A stretch of 64,000 nt of DNA from positions 320,001 through 384,000 of the forward strand of contig CAWGIE010000026.1 in NCBI GenBank assembly GCA_963822585.1. Reading direction: 5' to 3'. Under the pieces are notes generated by a model. That model did no database searches. It was given only the letters and a program-made list of their open reading frames with translations, and was not told the DNA's origin. Both the position numbers and the translations under genes were made by a program. Shown one piece after another: positions 48,597 through 59,034 of the stretch. Positions within the stretch are counted from its first letter, which is position 1, and the number at the start of each line of letters is the position of its first letter. This stretch comes from an uncultured bacterium. Its GTDB lineage: Bacteria; Auribacterota; Erginobacteria; Erginobacterales; Erginobacteraceae.

Positions 48597-50024
48597 TCAC
48601 TTCTCGACGGAAATGACTGTCTTGATCCGAGATTTTGCGGACGGGGGCAGATAGATCTGGCGAAGGAGGCCGTGGATGATTTTATCTTCCTTTTTATGCT
48701 GAGAAATTTTTTTCTGGAGCTTGTAGGAAAGACTGATCACCGTATGGGCCCGGATTCGTTCCCGGGCATATATGGGATGGATATTCTCCAGCGCCCGATA
48801 GCAGATCATGATGGCGTTATCCGTCTCCCCCTGCTTGAGATAGATCTCTCCCAGGCCTACCTGAGCGCGGGTGTTGTGGCCGAAAAGCTCCATCACGCGC
48901 TGGAAAACTTCGGTCGCCGCGTTCAGATCCTTCTTTTTCAGCAACTGTTCCGCCAGCTTGATCATGGACTCATAGGTGTCTTTCCCGGCCACCGCGGTCG
49001 CCTGGAGGCGATGCAGATCGGCGCCCACCGGGTCATTCAATTCTTGCCGGGCCCGGGAAATGATCCGATGGGCGAGAACCTGTTCCCAGGAAAAATAAAA
49101 ACTGGTATCCTTCAAACCGCGCAGACAATACTCAATCGCTTTCTCCGGCTCCCCCTGTTTGAGGGCGATCCATCCCCGGCAGATAGTCACCCGGGCGTTG
49201 CCGGGGATCTTTTTCTCGATGGCCGTCAGGTAGTTAAGCGCCTCGTCAAATTTTTTCTCCTGGATTTTCAGTTCCGCTAGATGGATTAACCCCTGGAACG
49301 AATCGGGCTTGATCTTCAGAATCTCGTTGAACTCGTATTCGGCCAGGCGGAGGTTGCCCAGCTCCTTCAATGCGATTCCCAGCCAGGTTCGGGTCTCGAT
49401 GGACCGGGGACGGAAGGCAACCGCGCTCTCAAAACTCTGGACTGCTCCCAGGAACTCCCCGCGCCGCAGATCGAGTTTCCCGAGTTCAAGGCAGCGGTCA
49501 TAGGATTCCCCGTAATTCTTGATGGCTTCCTGAAGAATCTTAACTGAACTGTCCAGATCGCCTTCCACCGCGTAGATATGAAACAGACGCTGGAAACTGC
49601 GCACCTTGATCGGATTGGCCGCCGGAATGGACCGATAGAGGGCGATCGCTTCTTCATAATTCAGCGCCCGACGGTAAATCTTTTCCAGGCGGATGTATGA
49701 CTGGAAACGATCGGGGTAACGCCGGATCAGTCTCTTGTAAGTGCGGATGGCCGTTACTTCTTCCCCGGCGTTCTCGAATGCCAGGGCAAGCTTTAAAAGA
49801 AGCCGGTAGGAATGCGGATGCTTACGGACGGCGTAACGGTAAAAAAGGACCGCCTCTTCGAACTGGCCGTCACTGGTCAGCCAATGTCCCAGACGCAAAA
49901 AGTTGGTCAGATACTGGGGATAGGCGAGGATATCTTCCCAGAGTTGTCTTTTCTGTGGATTGACGAGGCGGGATGCGAGGGCCTTGCCGTCGGATTCCAA
50001 TTTGAAACTTTTCGCAGACATCAT
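48597..50024 (-). CDS. Cytoplasmic multi-TPR protein
   Basis: About 10 TPR-like repeats; no signal peptide. Confidence 0.78.
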   Translation of the reverse strand: MMSAKSFKLESDGKALASRLVNPQKRQLWEDILAYPQYLTNFLRLGHWLTSDGQFEEAVLFYRYAVRKHPHSYRLLLKLALAFENAGEEVTAIRTYKRLIRRYPDRFQSYIRLEKIYRRALNYEEAIALYRSIPAANPIKVRSFQRLFHIYAVEGDLDSSVKILQEAIKNYGESYDRCLELGKLDLRRGEFLGAVQSFESAVAFRPRSIETRTWLGIALKELGNLRLAEYEFNEILKIKPDSFQGLIHLAELKIQEKKFDEALNYLTAIEKKIPGNARVTICRGWIALKQGEPEKAIEYCLRGLKDTSFYFSWEQVLAHRIISRARQELNDPVGADLHRLQATAVAGKDTYESMIKLAEQLLKKKDLNAATEVFQRVMELFGHNTRAQVGLGEIYLKQGETDNAIMICYRALENIHPIYARERIRAHTVISLSYKLQKKISQHKKEDKIIHGLLRQIYLPPSAKSRIKTVISVEK

Positions 50025-50196
50025 TAACTATCTCGCAGCTTCGGAATGGTAACACATATTTAATGAGCCCGGGAGCGGCTCCAATACATCGGAACACGCA
50101 ATTAAGCATCTGCAGTAAGTGGACAGGCGCTCATTTGAACAAAAGTGTCCCCGCAAAACAACATAATAATTATGACTTTTTTGATTCCCCATCCTA

Positions 50197-50469
50197 TCAT
50201 CTGATCGAGAAAGAGGAAAATGATTTTTTTACCGGCGGCCAGCGTACCTCCACCCCGGTGACCTGAGCACCGGGAGGACCCTGCCGGCACCAGGTCAGGA
50301 GGTCTCTCAATTCATTCTCGCCGCCATGAGCGATAATCTCCACGCGGCCGTCAGAAAGATTTCTCACGAAACCGGTCAATCCGAGCGCCGCCGCCCGTCG
50401 CCGGGCGCTATATCGGAAAAACACGCCCTGTACCCGGCCGGAGACGAGGATGTGGACTTGCCTGGTCAC
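50197..50469 (-). CDS. acyP: Acylphosphatase
   Basis: [30 protein letters not shown]. Confidence 0.95.
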   Translation of the reverse strand: MTRQVHILVSGRVQGVFFRYSARRRAAALGLTGFVRNLSDGRVEIIAHGGENELRDLLTWCRQGPPGAQVTGVEVRWPPVKKSFSSFSIR

Positions 50470-50522
50470 TGTTTTAATAGGACAGTATATTTTTTCTTCA
50501 TATCTATTAATCTATGCATCAA

Positions 50523-50600
50523 GGAGTGATGGAATACTGGAGTATTGGAGTAATGGGTGCCCTCTCCAACACTCCACTACTCCATCACCCCATTACTCCA
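50523..50600. repeat. TGGAGTRN-unit hairpin (second copy)
   Basis: ggagtgatggaatactggagtattggagtaatggg ... ccaacactccactactccatcaccccattactcca. Confidence 0.8.
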
Positions 50601-50649
50601 CGAAGCCCAAAATACAGATACCGATGGAGTCAAGGGACCCCGTAAACTG

Positions 50650-51495
50650 TCAGTCACCGCCGGCGGTGTATTTCCCCCAGTATTCCTCCAGGGGGTATTT
50701 TTCCCGGTTGAGTTTGAGTTTTTTACTGATGGCGGCGCTGAGATCAATGCGAAGCGTATGGCAGAGACTGAGAAGATAAATGGCGATGTCGGCGACTTCC
50801 TGGATTACTTCCTCGTATTTATCCGGATCCCGGGTCAGGTACCGGGCCTCGGAGACCGTGAGCCACTGGAAATGCTCCATCAACTCGGCGGCTTCGATCG
50901 CGATCGACATGCTGAGATTTTTGGGAGAGTGAAACTGTTCCCAGTCCCTTTCCGAAACAAACCGGTTGACTTCCCTCTTCAATGCAGAGACCGGGCAGTC
51001 GCCGTCGGAAAGAACCAGCTCGCCGGCGGGGGCCCGATTAATGGCTGACCGATCGGGACGGGCGTACGCGCTGCGGAGCCGCTCGATGATCGGATGGTCG
51101 GCAGCGGCGAAATCATACCGGTCGAGGTCCTCCACTCCGACCCAGCGGAAATCATGTACGTCCCGGATCTCCGGCTCTCCCTTCAGGTGGGCGCAGCTGT
51201 ACGCCAGCATCAGGACATGCTTGACCTCTTCCGGTGATTGCTGATAATTGTGGGAACTGACGCAGAAAATATCCCCCACCTCGATTTCGAAGTTCAGCTC
51301 TTCCCGGATCTCCCGCTTCAGGGCGGCGGGAGGATCCTCCGAGAATTCGATCTTCCCCCCCGGGAACTCCCATTTCAGCGGTTCCAGGAGGGAGTCCGGT
51401 TTACGCCGGGCAATCAGCAGTTCCCTCCCCCTCCAGATCACCCCGCAGGTGACAAGGATAATCCGGGCCCGAAAATTGTTTTCTTCGGAATTCAT
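50650..51495 (-). CDS. MutT-like NUDIX hydrolase fused to a MazG-like (dCTP pyrophosphatase-type) domain
   Basis: WEFPGGK.E..E....ALKREIREEL Nudix box, then ERDWEQFHSPKNL..IEAAEL.E.FQW..EVADI. Confidence 0.88.
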   Translation of the reverse strand: MNSEENNFRARIILVTCGVIWRGRELLIARRKPDSLLEPLKWEFPGGKIEFSEDPPAALKREIREELNFEIEVGDIFCVSSHNYQQSPEEVKHVLMLAYSCAHLKGEPEIRDVHDFRWVGVEDLDRYDFAAADHPIIERLRSAYARPDRSAINRAPAGELVLSDGDCPVSALKREVNRFVSERDWEQFHSPKNLSMSIAIEAAELMEHFQWLTVSEARYLTRDPDKYEEVIQEVADIAIYLLSLCHTLRIDLSAAISKKLKLNREKYPLEEYWGKYTAGGD

Positions 51496-51633
51496 GCCAG
51501 AGTATATAACACGGTCAGCGGGTACGGTCAACGGGAAGCACGGCATATCTCAGCTCGGCGGCGTTACCTATTCGTTTGGGAATATCCGGAAATTGAATGG
51601 ATGAGGTGATTAGCCCAAAAGCGTTTCTCAGGT

Positions 51634-51750
51634 TATCAGAACATCAGTGGGAAGAATATCAGGATATCAGATGATCCGGCGAAGCCGAACGCTCGACTGA
51701 TCCCCTGATAGCCCGATACCCTTCCTACTGGTCCCCTGATTTTCTGATAC
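51634..51750. repeat. ATCAG-unit tandem hairpin
   Basis: tatcagaacatcag..atatcaggatatcag ... ctgatcccctgatagcccgatac..cctgattttctgata. Confidence 0.65.
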
Positions 51751-51833
51751 GCTTATTCCTACATGACACTTGAACATATGTTCCATTCATGTTATAGCAC
51801 CCGCCTTCATCAAAAGGAGGGGCACTGCTGACA

Positions 51834-53195
51834 ATGCTGGCGCGATATTTTAAATTTGAGGAGAATGGGACCAATTTCCGGATCGAGACCGGCGCCGGGA
51901 TCACGACATTCCTGACCCTGGCATACATCATTTTTGTGCAGCCGGCGGTGCTGTCCGGCAGGATGTTCGGGATGGAGACCGGGATGGATTTCTGGGCGGT
52001 GACGACGGCGACCTGCCTGGCCGGCGCCCTGGCCACCTTGATCATGGGGATATATGCCAACTACCCGATCGCCCAGGCGCCGGGGATGGGGGAGAACTTC
52101 TTCTTTGTCTTTTCAGTCATCCCGGCCGCGGCGGCCCTGATTACCGCCCGGGAATGGCAGGGCACATCTCCCTGGCAGGTAGCCCTGGGAGTGGTATTCA
52201 TCGCCGGGATTTTCTTTCTTATTCTCTCGCTCCTGAAAATCAGGCAGATCCTCATTGACTCGGTCAGCCCCAGCCTGAAGAACGGAATCGCGGTCGGGAT
52301 CGGGATTTTCATCGCCTTTATCGGCCTGCAGAACGCCCGGATCGTGGTGGCCAATCCCGGAACCCTGGTCATGCTCACCCGGGACATCGCCAACCCGGAT
52401 GTCCTGGTATTCGGCAGCGGACTCCTGGTGATGGCCGTTCTCTATACCCGGAAGGTCCGGGGAGCGATCCTGATCGGGATCGCCGCCGGGCTCATACTGT
52501 CCCTGCTGTTGGGGAAAGTACACTACTCCGGCATCGTCTCCCCTCCCCGGTCCCTCTCCCCCACCCTTCTCAAAATGGACATCCCGCACGCCCTGGCATT
52601 CCGGCTCTGGCCGTACATCATTATTTTTCTTTTCATGGATGTCTTCGATACCCTGGGGACACTGATCGGGGTCGCGGAACAGGCCGGTTTTATCCAGGAT
52701 AACCGGCTGCCCCGGGCGGGGAAGGCGATGCTCTCCGACGCCGTGGGAACGGTGGTGGGCGCCGCGATGGGGACCAGCACGGTCACCTCGTTCATCGAGA
52801 GCGCCACCGGGGTGGCTCATGGGGGGAGAACCGGTTTTGCCAGCGTGATCACGGCGGGGTGTTTCCTGCTCGCTCTTTTCTTCAGCCCCCTGGTGGGCAT
52901 GGTGGCGAATTATCCCCCGATCACCGCTCCCGCTCTGGTAGTGGTCGGCGCCATGATGATCCGGAACGTCGTCAAGATCGACTGGTCCGATTTCACGGAG
53001 TGCTTCCCGGCCTTTCTGGTCATCATCGGAATCCCGCTCTCTTACAGCATTGCCGACGGGATCGCCTGGAGCTTTATCTCCTATCCGCTGATCAAACTTT
53101 TCAGCGGACGCCGGCGCGATGTCAGCTGGATGATCTACCTGGTGGGAGGGCTCTTCCTGCTCCGCTATCTACTTCCTTACTTCGGGTGGGTTTGA
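51834..53195 (+). CDS. NCS2/AzgA-family purine permease
   Basis: AGITTFLTLAYI, APGMGEN.FF, DVFDTLGTL, TSFIES..G...GGRTG. Confidence 0.92.
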   Translation: MLARYFKFEENGTNFRIETGAGITTFLTLAYIIFVQPAVLSGRMFGMETGMDFWAVTTATCLAGALATLIMGIYANYPIAQAPGMGENFFFVFSVIPAAAALITAREWQGTSPWQVALGVVFIAGIFFLILSLLKIRQILIDSVSPSLKNGIAVGIGIFIAFIGLQNARIVVANPGTLVMLTRDIANPDVLVFGSGLLVMAVLYTRKVRGAILIGIAAGLILSLLLGKVHYSGIVSPPRSLSPTLLKMDIPHALAFRLWPYIIIFLFMDVFDTLGTLIGVAEQAGFIQDNRLPRAGKAMLSDAVGTVVGAAMGTSTVTSFIESATGVAHGGRTGFASVITAGCFLLALFFSPLVGMVANYPPITAPALVVVGAMMIRNVVKIDWSDFTECFPAFLVIIGIPLSYSIADGIAWSFISYPLIKLFSGRRRDVSWMIYLVGGLFLLRYLLPYFGWV

Positions 53196-53202
53196 GGAAG
53201 GG

Positions 53203-53266
53203 TTCGGACGAGTCGGACTGGTCAGACGGGTCGGACAAATCAGTCGGATCGGTCCGATCCGACCGA
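53203..53266. repeat. TCGGAC-unit tandem hairpin
   Basis: tcggacgagtcggactggtcagacgggtcggac..gtcggatcggtccgatccgac. Confidence 0.65.
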
Positions 53267-53283
53267 TGCCCTCAACCACCCCC

Positions 53284-54870
53284 TCACCTCACCACCGGGA
53301 GATCGTCGCTGGCGCCGAAGTAGGTCCTGGTTACCCCCGGAATCGCCCAGAGTCCGCTGGCAGACCGGAAAACGCCGATCCCCTCCGTCCCGGTCCCCTG
53401 GTAGTCCCCCGGCACCGGCAGGTCGGAGTTTCCCCCGAAGTAGATCCTGCTCAAACCGCGCACACTCCAGAGGCCGGCGGGAGGGCGGAAAATGCCGAGT
53501 TCGCATCTTCCCCCGCCGGTGTAATCGGCCGGGACCGGAAGGTCGATACTCCCGCCGAAATAGACACGGCTTCTTCCCCTGACGACCCAGAGCCCTGCAG
53601 AGGGACGGTAGAGGGCGGCAACCACCGAGCCGCCGCCGTAATTCCCCGGACAAGGAATGTCCCCGTCCGCTCCATAGTAAAACCTGGTTACGCCCGGCAC
53701 CGCCCAGAGCCCGGTACCTCCTCGGAAAATACCGATGTCACAGGTTCCGTCGCCGTCGTAGTCGGCGGGAGCCGCCTGATCCCCCCCCGCCCCGAAGTAG
53801 CGGCGGGTCACCCCTTTCACCGCCCAGAGACCGGTTCCGCCCCGGAAGAGAGCAAAATCGGCGGTCCCGTCTCCGTTATAATCGCCGGGAGCCGGATCGT
53901 CCGCCGACGAACCGAAATATGTCCGGGTCACCCCCTTGACCGCCCAGAGCCCCGCGGAAGGCCGGAAGAGGGCGAGATCGGTCGTTCCGTTGCCGTCATA
54001 ATCCCCCTTCCGCTCCGATGAAGTCGGGCCTGGAGTACCATCCCATCCTGCCAGGCGAGCCATCAGCCACCAGAAGGCACGGCCTTTCAGATTGCAGTTC
54101 AGGGACTGGGAATGAGCACAATCACAGTACATACAGAGATCGGAACCGGGATGAGCCGCGCACCAGTCAACCCCCCAGTTGCCGGAATCATACTCACACC
54201 CATCATCCCCCACTCCGGCGCCCTGGTCGAGATAATCGGTACCATTCGGGTCATAACGCTCAATATCTGCAAAATCGTAGAGGATTTTGTTGTTATTGCG
54301 GCAATATTGTCTGATCTGTTCATTGCGTTGATGGAGATTTCCACTACTCCCGCTGCCGTCAAGGTGCCCGGTCATATATATGAATTTATAAAACGGGTAC
54401 TCGGTTTCAAGTTGATTCATCAAGTCCAGATAATCATCGGCGATATCGTCTGAAGTGGCCGAAGATACCTGGCCGCACCAGGACCACATGATCATATTGC
54501 GGTTGTTTCCCTCAGTATTAAGGAGCGTTCTGGTCCTGCTATACCAGGTAATTCGATCCGGATTGCCAAGATCTCCGTCTGGTTCTGTATCATGAAGGGA
54601 AAGGGCTCCTCCAGAACCATCTTCATTATAAGCGTAAAGAGCACCATATTGACTTTCGATGTTTTCCATCCCACTTACAAGCTGACTCCCGTGAGACGTA
54701 TGACCATAGGATAATCTAAAAGTACTCCGGGCCGAATTAATATACGCTTCCGGAACCTGTGAAAGGTCGGTGCAAGTATGATCGATGATGATCGCCTGGG
54801 ACAGTACGGGGGATGAAGCCAGAAAGAAAAAAGACACACCGACGAGCGTGGCCGCCAAGATTTTATCCAT
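53284..54870 (-). CDS. Secreted protein: uncharacterised N-terminal domain (YGHTSHGSQ) plus 6x40-aa FG-GAP-like tail
   Basis: GGAGG RBS and signal peptide from ATG 54870; six GDY.G.G..FR..GLW repeats. Confidence 0.78.
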   Translation of the reverse strand: MDKILAATLVGVSFFFLASSPVLSQAIIIDHTCTDLSQVPEAYINSARSTFRLSYGHTSHGSQLVSGMENIESQYGALYAYNEDGSGGALSLHDTEPDGDLGNPDRITWYSRTRTLLNTEGNNRNMIMWSWCGQVSSATSDDIADDYLDLMNQLETEYPFYKFIYMTGHLDGSGSSGNLHQRNEQIRQYCRNNNKILYDFADIERYDPNGTDYLDQGAGVGDDGCEYDSGNWGVDWCAAHPGSDLCMYCDCAHSQSLNCNLKGRAFWWLMARLAGWDGTPGPTSSERKGDYDGNGTTDLALFRPSAGLWAVKGVTRTYFGSSADDPAPGDYNGDGTADFALFRGGTGLWAVKGVTRRYFGAGGDQAAPADYDGDGTCDIGIFRGGTGLWAVPGVTRFYYGADGDIPCPGNYGGGSVVAALYRPSAGLWVVRGRSRVYFGGSIDLPVPADYTGGGRCELGIFRPPAGLWSVRGLSRIYFGGNSDLPVPGDYQGTGTEGIGVFRSASGLWAIPGVTRTYFGASDDLPVVR

Positions 54871-54999
54871 ACCGTCCTCCTGATCCGTTAAATGGTTAAT
54901 GGGTCCTTTGGAGAAATGATCTTTAACCCAATATACCACACTGTCAATCAGTTCCACACCCCGGCTTCTCTCTCTCCGGGTACGGACACGGCAGGATAA

Positions 55000-55449
55000 T
55001 CACCGCAAGCGCTGCTTCATGGCCTTGGCCGCCTCGCGGTCGGCGTCGCGTTTCTTGATCGTCTCCCTCTTGTCGTACATCCGTTTCCCCTTCCCCACCC
55101 CCAGTTCCGCTTTCACCAGCCCGTCCTTCAGGTAGATCCGGAGCGGGACCAGGGTGTGCCCCTTGACCGCCGTCACCCCGACCAACCGCCTGATCTCCCG
55201 CTTGTGCAGAAGGAGCTTTCTTTTCCGGCGGGGGGCGGGATCGAAGGCTCCTCCATATTCATAAGGGGTGATGTGAAGGCCGTGAAGCCAGACCTCTCCG
55301 TCATCCACCGCGGCGTAACTTCCGGTCAGAGACCCCTGCCCGCTCCGGAGAGACTTGACCTCCGTCCCCTGCAGAACCATGCCGGCCTCAAAAGTATCAA
55401 GAATCGTGTAGTCGCGGCGGGCTTTTCGGTTGGTCACCAGAACCTTCAC
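55000..55449 (-). CDS. smpB: SsrA-binding protein
   Basis: NRKARRDY, EAG.VL.GTEVKSLR, RKRKLLLHKREI, GKGKR.YDKRETIK. Confidence 0.97.
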   Translation of the reverse strand: MKVLVTNRKARRDYTILDTFEAGMVLQGTEVKSLRSGQGSLTGSYAAVDDGEVWLHGLHITPYEYGGAFDPAPRRKRKLLLHKREIRRLVGVTAVKGHTLVPLRIYLKDGLVKAELGVGKGKRMYDKRETIKKRDADREAAKAMKQRLR

Positions 55450-55455
55450 GGGATT

Positions 55456-55899
55456 CTATCCATCACCCCCCCAGCCCGACTCCACCTTGCTCGCCTCGAT
55501 AAGATAAATATCCAGTTTATAGCTGTCGGTGACACGCCCCCCTGCCCTTTTCACCTTGGCCTTGGGCTGCCTGACGGTACCGTAAACGGTAATCCGTTCG
55601 CCGTCCTTGAGCCCGCCGACCAACGTCTCGTTGGCGGAGGTCCGCCGTAGAAAACACCACATACCCGATTCACGGCATCCGAAAGAGATATATTTCTGAG
55701 TGGTATATCCGGCCGCGGTGAGGGCGGGGGGAACCCCGGAACGCCGGTTGATAAAGACATCCTTCAGGATGATGGACGCGTTCTTGTATTTATTGGGGCT
55801 GATTTTGAGGTCATTGGGTTCGACCGCCCGCTGGGCAAATACCGGTTCGCCGGCCCAGCAGAACAGCAGCGTTATCACGATCAGAAGCGAGGCTTTCAT
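55456..55899 (-). CDS. Exported hypothetical protein (possible OB-fold)
   Basis: Signal peptide VFA; GGAGG RBS; LKDGERITVYGTV. Confidence 0.7.
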   Translation of the reverse strand: MKASLLIVITLLFCWAGEPVFAQRAVEPNDLKISPNKYKNASIILKDVFINRRSGVPPALTAAGYTTQKYISFGCRESGMWCFLRRTSANETLVGGLKDGERITVYGTVRQPKAKVKRAGGRVTDSYKLDIYLIEASKVESGWGGDG

Positions 55900-56207
55900 A
55901 CAACCCTCCTTTGAGGTTTGTCATCCCCCGAGGGATTTGTTGGAATGTTGTAATAGCATCGCATAGTATATGCCGATTGGGAGGGCAGTCAAGAAGTCAT
56001 GCCCCCCACGATACGGGTGCTGATCCGGGGCGCCGACATTTTTTATTTATCGGCCGCTGGAGTTCGAGTATATTCTTCCTGCCGTCGGTGACGCTCCGCG
56101 GACCGGGCGGCGCAATATAGTGACGATAATGAATACCCGGATGATTCAGGGACATTTTTATTTCCCGCGAATCAACCGGCTAAACAAGGTGGGAAGAGGC
56201 CTGATAC

Positions 56208-57920
56208 ATGAATAACAACCAGGAAGAGATCCGGGATACCGGCATCGCCCCGACTGACTTTATCCGGGAGATCGTGGCCGGGGACCTGAAGGAAGGCAAG
56301 AACAACGGGAAGGTGGTGACCCGGTTCCCTCCGGAACCGAACGGGTACCTTCATATCGGCCACGCCAAATCCATCTGCCTCAACTTCGGGATCGCCCGGG
56401 AAAACAAGGGCGGCGTTTGTCATCTTCGCTTCGACGATACCAACCCCGCCAAGGAGGAGGAGGAGTATGTTCGTTCGATCACCGAGGATGTGCGCTGGCT
56501 CGGCTTCGATTGGGGGGACCACCTGTACTATGCCTCGGACTACTTCGATCAGCTGTACCGGTACGCCGAAATGCTGATCCGTGACGGGAAGGCGTATGTG
56601 GACAGCCTGACCCAGCAGGAAATCAGGGACTACCGCGGCACTCTGACCGAACCGGGAAGGGAGAGTCCTTACCGCGATCGGACGGTGGAGGAGAATTTGG
56701 ACCTCTTCCAGAGGATGCGGGCGGGTGAATTCGAAGACGGGAACCATGTTCTCCGGGCCCGGATCGAGATGGCCTCCCCCAATCTCAACCTGAGAGACCC
56801 GACTATCTACCGGATCCGCCGCCAGCACCATCACCGGACCGGGGACCGCTGGTGCATCTACCCGATGTATGATTTCGCTCACTGCCTCTCGGATTCCATC
56901 GAGGGGATCACCCACTCCATCTGCACCCTGGAATTCGAAAACAACCGCCCGCTCTATGACTGGTTTCTGGATCAGCTGCCGGTTCCCTGCCATCCCCGCC
57001 AGGTCGAATTCGCCCGGCTCAACCTCAGCCACACGGTCCTTTCCAAGAGAAAGTTGCTGGAACTGGTCGAGGGCGGCTACGTGAGCGGATGGGATGATCC
57101 CCGGATGCCGACCCTGGCCGGGCTTCGGCGACGCGGGTACACCCCGGAGGCGATCAGAAACTTCTGCGACGTCATCAGCGTTTCCAAAAGAGACAGCCTC
57201 GTCGATCTGGCCCTGCTGGAACACTGTCTCCGAGACGATCTGAACCGGCGGGCAAAAAGGGTGATGGCGGTTTTACGGCCCCTGCGGGCGGTGATCGAGA
57301 ACTACCCTGAGGGGCAGGTGGAGTACCTTCCCGCCGTCAACAACCCGGAGAAGCCGGAGGAGGGGACCCGGGAGATCCCGTTCTCCCGGACCATTTACCT
57401 GGAGAGAGACGATTTCCGGGAAGATCCGCCGAAAAAATATTTCCGGTTGGCGCCGGGACGGGAGGTGCGGCTCAAACATGCCTATTTTATTACCTGCGAA
57501 CGGGTGATCCGGGACCCGGAGACGGGAGAAGCGATCGAGCTCCGGTGCTCTTACGACCCGGAAACGAAAAGCGGTTCGGCGCCGAACAACCGGAAGGTGA
57601 AAGGAACTCTGCACTGGGTCTCGGCCCCGCACGCGCTGGAAGCCGAGGTCCGTCTCTACGACACCCTCTTCGCGAACCCGGAACCGGGCAGTGCGGGGGA
57701 TGAGTTCAAGGACAGCCTGAACCCTCAATCGCTTGAAGTGCTTCGGGGTTGCCGGGTGGAACCGGCTCTCGCCAACGCGAAACCGGGCTCGTTCTTTCAA
57801 TTCCTGCGCACCGGTTATTTCACCGTCGATCCCGACTCGTCCCCCGGCAGACCCGTCTTCAACCGTTCGGTCCCCCTGCGCGACACCTGGGCCAAGATCG
57901 AGCGCTCCCGGGAAAAATGA
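56208..57920 (+). CDS. glnS: Glutamine--tRNA ligase
   Basis: [52 protein letters not shown]. Confidence 0.96.
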   Translation: MNNNQEEIRDTGIAPTDFIREIVAGDLKEGKNNGKVVTRFPPEPNGYLHIGHAKSICLNFGIARENKGGVCHLRFDDTNPAKEEEEYVRSITEDVRWLGFDWGDHLYYASDYFDQLYRYAEMLIRDGKAYVDSLTQQEIRDYRGTLTEPGRESPYRDRTVEENLDLFQRMRAGEFEDGNHVLRARIEMASPNLNLRDPTIYRIRRQHHHRTGDRWCIYPMYDFAHCLSDSIEGITHSICTLEFENNRPLYDWFLDQLPVPCHPRQVEFARLNLSHTVLSKRKLLELVEGGYVSGWDDPRMPTLAGLRRRGYTPEAIRNFCDVISVSKRDSLVDLALLEHCLRDDLNRRAKRVMAVLRPLRAVIENYPEGQVEYLPAVNNPEKPEEGTREIPFSRTIYLERDDFREDPPKKYFRLAPGREVRLKHAYFITCERVIRDPETGEAIELRCSYDPETKSGSAPNNRKVKGTLHWVSAPHALEAEVRLYDTLFANPEPGSAGDEFKDSLNPQSLEVLRGCRVEPALANAKPGSFFQFLRTGYFTVDPDSSPGRPVFNRSVPLRDTWAKIERSREK

Positions 57921-57938
57921 GCCGGGCGAACTTATTTT

Positions 57939-58027
57939 ACCACGAAGGACATGAAGAACACGAAGAACTGTTAAGAAAAAAACAAAATGCAGATCAGTAT
58001 TTAGTAATCTTCGTGTTCTTCGTGGTT
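57939..58027. repeat. CACGAAG-unit inverted repeat element
   Basis: accacgaaggacatgaagaacacgaagaa ... cttcgtgttcttcgtggtt. Confidence 0.8.
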
Positions 58028-58043
58028 TATTTATTCTTGCGAG

Positions 58044-58814
58044 CTATTTCACCTCATCCCAGATCGCGTCCAGTTCTTCCAGGGTCATCTTTTCCATACA
58101 CTTCCCCTGCTCCCGGATTGTTTTTTCCATCTTGCGGAAACGCCCGGTCCACCGGTTGATCATCTTCTGGAGGGAAAGCTCAGCGTCCAACTTCAGGTGC
58201 CGGGCCAGATTGACGACCGCGAAGAGAAGATCGCCCAGTTCCGCCTGCCGGCGGCTATGATCGCCGCCGGCGATTTCAGCTTCAATCTCCTCCAGTTCTT
58301 CACGGATTTTAGCGATAACACCCGTCACGTCCGGCCAGTCGAACCCGGAACCGGCAGCCTTCTCCTGAATCCGTTGGGCCCGGCGCAGGGCGGGCAGATG
58401 CCGGAGAAGGTCGGGGACGAGAGGACCGGCGGTACATTCCCCCTTCTCCTTTTTCTCCCGCCGCTTTATCTCCTCCCAGTTTCTCAGCACATCAGCCACC
58501 CCTTCAACCTTCTCCTCGCCGAAGACATGCGGATGGCGTCTGATCATCTTCTCTTCGATCGACCGGGTAACGGCATCGATGGTAATCTCCCCTTCTTCAG
58601 CGGCCACCCGGCAGAGCAGCAACACGTGGAAGAGAAGGTCCCCCAGCTCTTCGGTGAGGTTATCCCCGTCCAGGGCGTTAATCGCGGCAAAAACCTCATG
58701 CGCCTCATCGACCAGGTAGGGCTTCAGTGTTTCCAGTGTCTGTTCCCGGTCCCAGGGGCAGCCGTCGGGGCCCCGGAGACGCTGGATGATCGTCATCAAT
58801 TTTTCAATGCTCAT
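58044..58814 (-). CDS. mazG: Nucleoside triphosphate pyrophosphohydrolase MazG
   Basis: LRGPDGCPWDREQT, EELGDLL, KMIRRHPHVF, GFDW, second ELGDLLF. Confidence 0.95.
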   Translation of the reverse strand: MSIEKLMTIIQRLRGPDGCPWDREQTLETLKPYLVDEAHEVFAAINALDGDNLTEELGDLLFHVLLLCRVAAEEGEITIDAVTRSIEEKMIRRHPHVFGEEKVEGVADVLRNWEEIKRREKKEKGECTAGPLVPDLLRHLPALRRAQRIQEKAAGSGFDWPDVTGVIAKIREELEEIEAEIAGGDHSRRQAELGDLLFAVVNLARHLKLDAELSLQKMINRWTGRFRKMEKTIREQGKCMEKMTLEELDAIWDEVK

Positions 58815-59034
58815 CTTTCCTTTCCCTTTTGATGTGATATATTACCATAACTCGATTTTTGCCGGTCGGTAGGCATCGGACTGGATTTGAACAACGACCG
58901 GGTTTTAAAAACGGTAAAATCCAAACCTGCTCTTTTGATCTGCGTCTCCGGCAATGACATTCAAGAAGAATAACACATTGTTCTTCCGGGGAACGGGGAA
59001 AAAGCGCCTTCCCCGGCTTCGGAGAGCCCGTTAG

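Noticed and set aside
51590..51833. Purine riboswitch upstream of the NCS2 permease
   Set aside because: No recognisable aptamer core; the region is mostly an ATCAG tandem hairpin.
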